This document shows, piece by piece, positions 11,189 through 21,868 of a stretch of 64,000 nucleotides of DNA (positions are counted from its first letter, which is position 1; the number at the start of each line of letters is the position of its first letter). Origin of the DNA: Ranitomeya imitator. Taxonomy: Eukaryota. The notes below the pieces were generated by a model that was not told the origin of the DNA, searched no databases, and saw nothing but the letters and a program-made list of their open reading frames with translations. The translations under genes and the position numbers were made by a program. The DNA is taken from positions 7,936,001 through 8,000,000 of the forward strand of contig NC_091285.1 of assembly GCF_032444005.1 (NCBI RefSeq). Direction: 5' to 3'.

Positions 11189-13980
11189 ACCCACACCCTC
11201 ACTATAAGAGCCCCCCGCACCCTCACTATAAGAGCCCCCCCGCACCCTCACTATAAGAGCCCCCCGCACCCTCACTATAAGAGCCCCCCGCACCCTCACT
11301 ATAAGAGCCCCCCGCACCCTCACTATAAGAGCCCCCCGCACCCTCACTATAAGAGCCCCCCGCACCCTCACTATAAGAGCCGCCCGCACCCTCACTATAA
11401 GAGCCGCCCGCACCCTCACTATAAGAGCCGCCCGCACCCTCACTATAAGAGCCGCCCGCACCCTCACTATAAGAGCCCCCCGCACCCTCACTATAAGAGC
11501 CCCCCGCACCCTCACTATAAGAGCCCCCGCACCCTCACTATAAGAGCCGCCCACACCCTCACTATAAGAGCCGCCCACACCCTCACTATAAGAGCCCCCG
11601 CACCCTCACTATAAGAGCCCCCCGCACCCTCACTATAAGAGCCCCCGCACCCTCATTATAAGAGCCGCCCACACCCTCACTATAAGAGCCCCCCGCACCC
11701 TCACTATAAGAGCCCCCCGCACCCTCACTATAAGAGCCCCCGCACCCTCACTATAAGAGCCCCCCGCACCCTCATTATAAGAGCCCCCCGCACCCTCATT
11801 ATAAGAGCCCCCCGCACCCTCACTATAAGAGCCCCCCGCACCCTCACTATAAGAGCCCCCCGCACCCTCACTATAAGAGCCCCCGCACCCTCACTATAAG
11901 AGCCCCCCGCACCCTCATTATAAGAGCCCCCCGCACCCTCATTATAAGAGCCCCCCGCACCCTCACTATAAGAGCCCCCCGCACCCTCACTATAAGAGCC
12001 CCCCGCACCCTCACTATAAGAGCCCCCCGCACCCTCACTATAAGAGCCCCCGCACCCTCACTATAAGAGCCCCCGCACCCTCACTATAAGAGCCCCCCGC
12101 ACCCTCACTATAAGAGCCCCCCGCACCCTCACTATAAGAGCCCCCGCACCCTCACTATAAGAGCCCCCGCACCCTCACTATAAGAGCCGCCCACACCCTC
12201 ACTATAAGAGCCCCCGCACCCTCACTATAAGAGCCCCCCGCACCCTCACTATAAGAGCCCCCCGCACCCTCACTATAAGAGCCCCCGCACCCTCATTATA
12301 AGAGCCGCCCACACCCTCACTATAAGAGCCCCCCGCACCCTCACTATAAGAGCCCCCCGCACCCTCACTATAAGAGCCCCCGCACCCTCACTATAAGAGC
12401 CCCCCCGCACCCTCATTATAAGAGCCCCCCGCACCCTCATTATAAGAGCCCCCCGCACCCTCACTATAAGAGCCCCCCGCAGCCTCACTATAAGAGCCCC
12501 CCGCACCCTCACTATAAGAGCCCCCCGCACCCTCACTATAAGAGCCCCCCGCACCCTCACTATAAGAGCCCCCCCGCAGCCTCACTATAAGAGCCCCCCG
12601 CACCCTCACTATAAGAGCCCCCCGCACCCTCACTATAAGAGCCCCCCGCACCCTCACTATAAGAGCCCCCCGCACCCTCACTATAAGAGCCCCCCGCACC
12701 CTCACTATAAGAGGCCCCCGCACCCTCACTATAAGAGCCCCCCGCACCCTCACTATAAGAGCCCCCCGCACCCTCACTATAAGAGGCCCCCCGCACCCTC
12801 ACTATAAGAGCCCCCCCCCGCACCCTCACTATAAGAGCCCCCCCGCACCCTCACTATAAGAGCCCCCCCGCACCCTCACTATAAGAGGCCCCCCGCACCC
12901 TCACTATAAGAGGCCCCCCGCACCCTCACTATAAGAGCCCCCCCCGCACCCTCACTATAAGAGCCCCCCGCACCCTCACTATAAGAGCCCCCCGCACCCT
13001 CACTATAAGAGCCCCCCACACCCTCACTATAAGAGCCGCCCGCAGCCTCACTATAAGAGCCCCCCCACCCCCTCACTATAAGAGCCCCCCGCAGCCTCAC
13101 TATAAGAGCCACCCGCAGCCTCACTATAAGAGCCCCCCGCACCCTCACTATAAGAGCCCCCCGCACACTCACTATAAGAGCCACCCGCACCCTCACTATA
13201 AGAGCCCCCCGCACCCTCATTATAAGAGCCCCCCGCACCCTCACTATAAGAGCCCCCCGCACCCTCATTATAAGAGCCCCCCGCACCCTCACTATAAGAG
13301 CCCCCCGCAGCCTCACTATAAGAGCCCCCCGCAGCCTCACTATAAGAGCCCCCCGCACCCTCACTATAAGAGCCCCCCGCACCCTCACTATAAGAGGCCC
13401 CCCGCACCCTCACTATAAGAGCCCCCCCCCGCACCCTCACTATAAGAGCCCCCCCGCACCCTCACTATAAGAGCCCCCCCGCACCCTCACTATAAGAGGC
13501 CCCCCGCACCCTCACTATAAGAGCCCCCCCCGCACCCTCACTATAAGAGCCCCCCGCACCCTCACTATAAGAGCCCCCCGCACCCTCACTATAAGAGCCC
13601 CCCGCACCCTCACTATAAGAGCCCCCGCACCCTCACTATAAGAGCCCCCCCACCCCCTCACTATAAGAGCCCCCCGCAGCCTCACTATAAGAGCCCCCCG
13701 CACCCTCACTATAAGAGCCCCCCGCACCCTCACTATAAGAGCCCCCCGCACCCTCACTATAAGAGCCCCCCGCACCCTCACTATAAGAGCCCCCCGCACC
13801 CTCACTATAAGAGCCCCCCGCACCCTCATTATAAGAGCCCCCCGCACCCTCACTATAAGAGCCCCCCGCACCCTCACTATAAGAGCCCCCCGCACCCTCA
13901 CTATAAGAGCCCCCCGCACCCTCATTATAAGAGCCCCCCGCACCCTCACTATAAGAGCCCCCCGCACCCTCACTATAAGA
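11181..13980 (+). repeat. Minisatellite C, 24-bp unit TAAGAGCCCCCCGCACCCTCACTA, about 115-120 copies, derived from the H2B 3' flank
   Basis: It starts in the stem 3' arm and ends at TAAGAGC|TGCGG. Confidence 0.95.
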
Positions 13981-14445
13981 GCTGCGGCTGCTCCGGTGTC
14001 CTCTCCCGTCTCCCCGAGGTGTCTGCTCGCACCGCCCGGGGCTCTGCGTCTGGTGATGAGGGAGATGGTGAGAACCTTGTCAGGAATAATCCGGGCATTT
14101 CTCAGTGAGTTGCTGGGTATTCAGTGACTTCTCTTATTTAACCCCTTGCTGCACAGATCTCGGCATTCTGGGGTCTCGTTTCCCCGATAACAGGAGCCGT
14201 TTGTGGTCGGTGGAGTTGATCTAGAAACTAATCCGGATTATTTTTACAGTGTAAGTGACGTCATTACATTTAGAAGCGCAGGAAATTCACCCCCCCCCCC
14301 AACCGTCCTGAGTTCAGCCAATCAGCAGAGGGAGGGAGGAGCTAATGTTGCCAATGGTAATACGTTTACAGTTCCCGCTTTTTTCCGTCCTTTGTCTTCA
14401 TATAACACGTGGTCCCAGGACGGATATCGGATTCTGCTTGTGTTT

Positions 14446-14710
14446 TGCGAGAGTGTTAGAGGGGAGGCCACAGAGCAGGAGGTTGCAGTAGTCCCGGCGG
14501 GAGATGATGAGGTCATGGACTAGGGGTTTTGCAGATTCTTGGTTTAGGAATGTACGGATCCGTGAAATATTGAGTTGAAGGCAGTGGGAAGTGAGAAGGG
14601 CTTGGATATGTGGTTTGAAGGGAAGATCAGTGTCAAGGATTACCCCGAGACAGCGAGCTTGTGGGACTGGGGAGAGTGGGCAGCCGTTTACTGTCATGGA
14701 TAGGATCGTT
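14446..14710 (-). mobile_element. Degraded LINE fragment (L2/CR1-group ORF2 C-terminal region)
   Basis: The translation ...PQARCLGVILDTDLPFKPHI...NISRIRTFL...LIISRRDYCNLLLCGLP matches the L2-type post-RT motifs LGV.LD..L.F..HI and SRLDYCN.LL.GLP. Confidence 0.8.
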
Positions 14711-15331
14711 GGGGGAAAGAATGAATTCTGTTTTGTTCACTTGTAGAAGCTCCGAGAATGAGGAGGGGAATAACGAATCATGGGAGAAATATCCCAATAT
14801 AATGGCAGGATAGGATCCTCTAGCAGCAGGTGTAATAATGTATAAGGAATGTCATAGATCTCATAGGGTTAATATGAGGTGAGATAAAACCACCGCAGTG
14901 CAGAGATCTCCGATCACAATGACTGTAAGATCCCCGAGCACTGGTGCCTCCATCACAGCACAAATGCGGTCTCTTCATATTGATCTATAAAATAAATATA
15001 ACACGGATTTCCAGGGGAGCGGGCTGTACAGTAATATTCTCCTGATCAGATCCGTGTGGGGTGAATAGGGCAGCGAATATTCCCAGGGAATGTGGCGTAT
15101 GAGGCAGCTGGCTAGACGGACGCCCTGTGCACCGGGTACGGAGACTCCTGTGTGATGACCTCGTCCTGGACACTAATGTTTCGGATGGATGGCGCCTCTG
15201 AAGGTTGTTATAAACTCCCAGGATGTAATAATGGCGGCCGATCGCCGTGTTTGGGGGCAGACAGCTGGGAGGACCCGGTATTATCCAGCAGAGGGGCCGG
15301 TAATATCCGACGGACAAAGACCAGAAATTGA

Positions 15332-15378
15332 GCGGGAAATTCAAAACCACCAACGGATCTGTAATCAGCCAATGAGCG
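15332..15378 (+). promoter_or_regulatory. Best-consensus composite module GCGGGAAA TTCAAA ACCAC CAACGG ATCTGTAATCAG CCAAT
   Basis: Direct reading. An inverted copy lies at about 39935-39979. Confidence 0.5.
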
Positions 15379-15809
15379 AGAGAGATCCGCAGGCGCCGAC
15401 CAATCCCAGATACAGGAATATCCGCCTCCATTAACTCCTCAGTGTCCGTGTGTGCTGACCCCCCACTACACACTCGCTGTACAGAAGCGGCGACTTCCCC
15501 ACCCGGGACCGGCAGCGTCACATCAGGCTCCGGGCAGAACATAGGATCAGCGCGGACACCGCAGGGAATCAGCACCGGATAATAAGCGGTGAGTGAGGAG
15601 CCTCCGCCTGTGCAGATGGAGGGAGGAGAAGCGCTGACAGGGATTAACCCCTCACCCGCCAGACTGTCAGTGCAATTTATGGCTGATAGAAGACACAAGT
15701 CCAACAAGTGCAAACTACAAATGAAGAGAATATTTCTGCATTTCCTTCTGCTCCAGGACAAATATCTGTTTTCACCCCTTATCTAGTCTGTTCAAAACAA
15801 ACGTTTTCT

Positions 15810-15953
15810 ATTGGGTGAGAAACTCATTTGAGCAAGGAGCATAATAAGCTCCGCCCTCTGCAGCTCATTGGTGGTTCCTCAAGACTCTTCCCCATTGGCA
15901 GCTTCAGATCCGTCCAACCACAGGAGAGGAGGCGGAGCAGCGGACTATATAAA
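15810..15953 (+). promoter_or_regulatory. H2A promoter with three inverted CCAAT boxes (15810, 15867, 15894) and TATATAAA (15946)
   Basis: Direct motif reading upstream of the H2A ATG. Confidence 0.8.
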
Positions 15954-15997
15954 GAGACACAGCGCAGTCTCTTCTCCACACGATTTTCTGGCTTTAG

Positions 15998-16405
<408 letters not shown>

Positions 16406-16434
16406 GCGCTGCCGCCGATCTCTACAAAACCAAA

Positions 16435-16476
16435 GGCTCTTCTCAGAGCCCCCCACACCGTCACCACAAGAGCCGG
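16435..16476 (+). terminator. H2A 3' stem-loop GGCTCT-TCTC-AGAGCC plus HDE-like AAGAGCCGG
   Basis: Stem-loop at 16435-16450. Confidence 0.9.
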
Positions 16477-17770
16477 CGCCGCCTATCTCCGGGTCCTCAC
16501 ATGAGGCTGATGGTTCATACACCATTGCCGCCACCAGTTCATATGTTGGTGCACATATCCTCAGAATAACAGGAGATGAAAGGGTCAATCCCACATGGAG
16601 TCTCAGATCCTCAGTGTCGTCTGCAGAGCTCGCAGGAAATGTCCCCTCATTACTGTCTGATACTCCGCAGTGAGGTCTACATGTAGTTAGTGTTGGGGGG
16701 ACGGCGGCCGCTATCAGTGACCGGTAACAATCCTCCGGGGATTATGAGCGGGGAATTCAAATTCACCAACGGATTCTGTGATCAGACAATGAGCGAGAAA
16801 CCTTTACGCTCAGCCTTCAGTGACGTACATAGACGTCTTTCCTCTCCCGTTTAACTCCTTACTTGCCGTTTTCCAGCTGATCTTTTCTTTACCAGAGTAT
16901 CCACAGATGCGGCAGCTTCACCCCCAGGCCCCGGCAGCGCTGTGTCCCCTATACACTGCACACAATATATACACTGTGTATATACATCTACAGGACAGGA
17001 GTTGTAGGGAACAGAAGCAACACCGGTGTCCCCCCATATACTGCACACACTGGATATATAAATACATGACACATCTACCCGGTTGTCACACATTGAAGAC
17101 ACCACCGCAGCTGTCAGACATTGAAGACACCACCGCACTGCACCCAGTAGGGCACTGTAGGAAAAGAAACAGGTTGGATTCACTACCCCCCCCCCCCCCC
17201 CCATTAGGTGGCTTTGATGTTCTGCAGCAGTGACCGGGGAGTCTCGTGTACATAATCGCTGTTTTTCGGCAGGGGACGTTTTATGTTATCCAAATCCATC
17301 TTCTTTATGTCTCCAGGGGTCCATTCTGCTGGGCGCTCCTGCCGGTCCCAATTATTATTAAACTTCCATAACATATCATCCCGCACCATAGCGGAGACAC
17401 TTGAGGGAAGATAGAGGCGGATTATCACCACTTCTGTCTTCTCCTTTGCTACAGCTCGAAGTATCGGCAATGCTGATGAGTACACTGGGCCCAGCGATCA
17501 CTTGGCTGGATATGGAAACGTGGAGAGGAAAAACGAGGATGATGAAAGGGATTACAGCAGCACCGCACGTGCAGATGGCGGCGCCTAGAAAATCTCGTAC
17601 ATCAGCCTCATTCTGGAGAGGTGCACTGCAGACATGAAGGATTGATCATCTCTCCCTGAGAGAGAGACTGACGAAGAGAGAGAAAGAAAGGAAGGGAGAA
17701 AGATTTACAGAAAGAAAGGAGAGAGCGAAAGAATGAAAGAGAGGAGAAAAATAGAGAGAGAGAGGAGAGA

Positions 17771-20151
17771 CTGCTCTATATACTGTACACACTGTTCTAT
17801 ATACTGTACACACTGCTCTATATACTGTACACACTGCTGTATATACTGTACACTGCTCTATATACTGTACACTGCTCTATATACTGTACACACTGCTCTA
17901 TATACTGTACACTGCTCTATATACTGTACATTCTGCTGTATATACTGTACACACTGCTCTATATACTGTACACACTGCTCTATATACTGTACACTGCTCT
18001 ATATACTGTACACACTGCTGTATATACTGTACACACTGCTGTATATACTGTACACTGCTCTATATACTGTACACACTGCTGTATATATTGTACACACTGC
18101 TGTATATACTGTACACACTGCTCTATATACTATACACTCTGCTCTATATACTGTACACTCTGCTGTATATACTGTACACACTGCTGTATATACTGTACAC
18201 TGCTCTATATACTGTACACACTGCTGTATATACTGTACACACTGCTGTATATACTGTACACTGCTCTATATACTGTACATTCTGCTGTATATACTGTACA
18301 CTCTGCTCTACATACTGTACACTCTGCTCTACATACTGTACACTCTGCTCTATATACTGTACACTCTGCTCTACATACTGTACACACTGCTCTATATACT
18401 GTACACACTGCTCTATATACTGTACACACTGCTCTATATACTGTACACTCTGCTCTACATACTGTACACTCTGCTGTATATACTGTACACTCTACTCTAC
18501 ATACTGTACACTCTGCTCTATATACTGTACACACTGCTCTATATACTGTACACACTGCTCTACATACTGTACACTCTGCTCTATATACTGTACACACTGC
18601 TGTATATACTGTACAAACCGCTGTATATACTGTTCACACTGCTCTACATACTGTACACTCTGCTGTATATACTGTACACACTGCTGTATACTGTACACAC
18701 TGCTGTATATACTGTACACTCTGCTGTATATACTGTACACTCTGCTCTATATACTGTACACTGCTCTATATACTGTACACACTGCTGTATATACTGTACA
18801 CTCTGCTCTATATACTGTACACTGCTCTATATACTGTACACTCTGCTGTATATACTGTACATTCTGCTGTATATACTGTACACACTGCTCTATATACTGT
18901 ACACTCTGCTGTATATACTGTACACTGCTGTATATACTGTACACACTGCTCTATATACTGTACATTCTGCTGTATATACTGTACACTGCTGTATATACTG
19001 TACACTCTGCTGTATATACTGTACACTGCTCTATATACTGCACACTCTGCTGTATATACTGTACACTGCTCTATATACTGTACATTCTGCTGTATATACT
19101 GTACACACTGCTGTATATACTGTACACTCTGCTGTATATACTGTACACTGCTGTATATACTGTACACTGCTGTATATACTGTACACACTGCTGTATATAC
19201 TGTACACTGCTGTATATACTGTACACACTGCTGTATATACTGTACACTGCTGTATATACTGTACACACTGCTCTATATACTGTACATTCTGCTGTATATA
19301 CTGTACACTGCTGTATATACTGTACACTCTGCTGTATATACTGTACACTGCTCTATATACTGCACACTCTGCTGTATATACTGTACACACTGCTGTATAT
19401 ACTGTACACTCTGCTGTATATTCTGTACACTGCTGTATATACTGTACACTGCTGTATATACTGTACACTCTGCTGTATATACTGTACACACTGCTGTATA
19501 TACTGCACACTCTGCTGTATATACTGTACACTGCTCTATATACTGCACACTCTGCTGTATATACTGTACACTCTGCTCTATATACTGTACACACTGCTGT
19601 ATATACTGTACACTCTGCTCTATATACTGTGCACACTGCTGTATATACTGTACACTCTGCTCTATATACTGTACACTCTGCTCTATATACTGTACACTGC
19701 TGTATATACTGTACACTGCTCTATATATTGTACATTCTGCTGTATATACTGTACACACTGCTGTATATACTGTACACTCTGCTCTATATACTGTACACTC
19801 TGCTCTATATACTGTACACTGCTGTATATACTGTACACTGCTCTATATACTGCACACTCTGCTGTATATACTGTACACACTGCTGTATATACTGTACACT
19901 CTGCTGTATATTCTGTACACTGCTGTATATACTGTACACTGCTGTATATACTGTACACTCTGCTGTATATACTGTACACACTGCTGTATATACTGCACAC
20001 TCTGCTGTATATACTGTACACTGCTCTATATACTGCACACTCTGCTGTATATACTGTACACTGCTGTATATACTGTACACTGCTCTATATATTGTACATT
20101 CTGCTGTATATACTGTACACACTGCTGTATATACTGTACACTCTGCTGTAT
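17771..20151. repeat. Minisatellite A, unit-2 copy (left part)
   Basis: Same 19/21-bp unit, interrupted by the CR1 element. Confidence 0.96.
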
Positions 20152-20153
20152 GA

Positions 20154-20657
20154 AAACCAGGGATTCAAGCTTCAGGAGGCTAATTTGCATATTCCAGGTG
20201 CCTTCTGGGAGAAGCGAAGTCTCCCTAAGCTAGAAGATCGTTGGGTACAGCCGGGACCAGCTGCTTCGAAAGCATCACCAAACCAGGGATTCAAGCTTCA
20301 GGAGGCTAATTTGCATATTCCAGGTGCCTTCTGGGAGAAGCGAAGTCTCCCTAAGCTAGAAGATCGTTGGGTACAGCCGGGACCAGCTGCTTCGAAAGCA
20401 TCACCAAACCAGGGATTCAAGCTTCAGGAGGCTAATTTGCATATTCCAGGTGCCTTCTGGGAGAAGCGAAGTCTCCCTAAGCTAGAAGATCGTTGGGTAC
20501 AGCCGGGACCAGCTGCTTCGAAAGCATCACCAAACCAGGGATTCAAGCTTCAGGAGGCTAATTTGCATATTCCAGGTGCCTTCTGGGAGAAGCGAAGTCT
20601 CCCTAAGCTAGAAGATCGTTGGGTACAGCCGGGACCAGCTGCTTCGAAAGCATCACC
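20154..20657 (+). repeat. Four tandem 126-bp monomers in the CR1 5' UTR, each containing ATTTGCAT
   Basis: AAACCAGGGATTC starts at 20154, 20280, 20406 and 20532. The copies look identical. Confidence 0.95.
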
Positions 20658-20777
20658 AAACCGCGCGCCTTACGGCGCGCGAATTTTTGCCTGTAGGACA
20701 TTATTGCAAGAGAGCTTGGCTGAGTAGATTACACAAGAAGGAAAACACACAGCAAGTCAGCAGGATCTAGGAGCAAC

Positions 20778-21731
20778 ATGGCAGATGTGACAACCTACAT
20801 GGTGAGCTGCAGCATGTGCTACATGTTCACAGATCGACCAGAAGAAGAATCCAATTTCACCTGTCAGAAGTGTAGACTAGTGGCCCTTTTAGAAGAAAAG
20901 GTGCGGGGTCTGGAAGAAAGAATAGCAACTTTGAAACTCATCAAAGAGAATGAAGACTTTCTAGACAGAACAGAAGCATCTCTACTGGTCACAGAAGGTG
21001 AAAAAAGTGTCAGAGAACCTCCAAAAGCAGATGAGTGGAAGCATGTGACCAAAAGAAGCAAGAAGACCATGGAGAAATCACCAACCACACAACTGAAGAA
21101 CCGATATCAAATCTTTGTAGAGGATGAAGATGGCACACCTAAGAATGAAGCAATACCAGCAAGCAAAAAAGAAAAGGGCACACAGCAACAAGTGACAGCA
21201 AAAAGTACAGCCAAGAAGCAACGAAGAGTGGTGGTGGTGGGAGACTCACTACTGAGAGGCACAGAAGCAGCCATCTGCAGACCGGACATAACTGCAAGAG
21301 AAGTATGCTGCCTTCCAGGTGCGATGATCAAGGATGTGACCGATAGGATACCAAAGCTCTTCAGCTCCAAGGACGTCCACCCATTTCTTCTGATACATGT
21401 TGGCACCAATGACACGGCAAGGAAGGACCTACCGACAATCTGCAAGGACTTTGAAGAGTTGGGGAAGAAAGTAAAGGAACTGGATGCACAGGTAGTTTTT
21501 TCTTCTATCCTTCCAGTAGATGGGCATGGCACCAGGAGATGGAACAGGATCCTTGATGCAAACAACTGGCTAAGACGATGGTGCAGACAACAAGGATTTG
21601 GATTCCTTGACCACGGTGTGAATTACTGGTATGATGGACTCCTCGCCAGAGACGGACTACACCTCAACAAACCTGGGAAACACACATTCGCCAGAAGACT
21701 CGCTACACTCATCAGGAGGGCGTTAAACTAG
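20778..21731 (+). CDS. CR1 ORF1 protein (N-terminal CxxC...CxxC, coiled coil, SGNH/GDSL esterase domain), 317 aa
   Basis: CSMC...CQKC, VVVGDSLLRG, LIHVGTND and DGLHLN motifs. Confidence 0.92.
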   Translation: MADVTTYMVSCSMCYMFTDRPEEESNFTCQKCRLVALLEEKVRGLEERIATLKLIKENEDFLDRTEASLLVTEGEKSVREPPKADEWKHVTKRSKKTMEKSPTTQLKNRYQIFVEDEDGTPKNEAIPASKKEKGTQQQVTAKSTAKKQRRVVVVGDSLLRGTEAAICRPDITAREVCCLPGAMIKDVTDRIPKLFSSKDVHPFLLIHVGTNDTARKDLPTICKDFEELGKKVKELDAQVVFSSILPVDGHGTRRWNRILDANNWLRRWCRQQGFGFLDHGVNYWYDGLLARDGLHLNKPGKHTFARRLATLIRRALN

Positions 21732-21868
21732 AAGAAGAGGGGACGGGAAGAAAAACATTAGACTCGTACAAAGACGACCCAGGAAAACATACTCAGAAGG
21801 GAGGTAAGAACATTTCTAAAACAATCCACAGTGAGGAGATTGGAACAAAACAAAATCCTCTAAACTGC

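Noticed and set aside
11195-11212. ACCCTCACTATAAG resembles the phage T3 (ACCCTCACTAAAG) and T7 (CTCACTATAG) promoters
   Set aside because: The match is partial, lacks the upstream recognition bases and is explained by the native H2B flank (homologous to the H2A flank). It is not vector contamination.
20195-20280. Heat-shock element in the CR1 monomers (several GAA/TTC)
   Set aside because: The spacing does not fit nGAAnnTTCnnGAAn.
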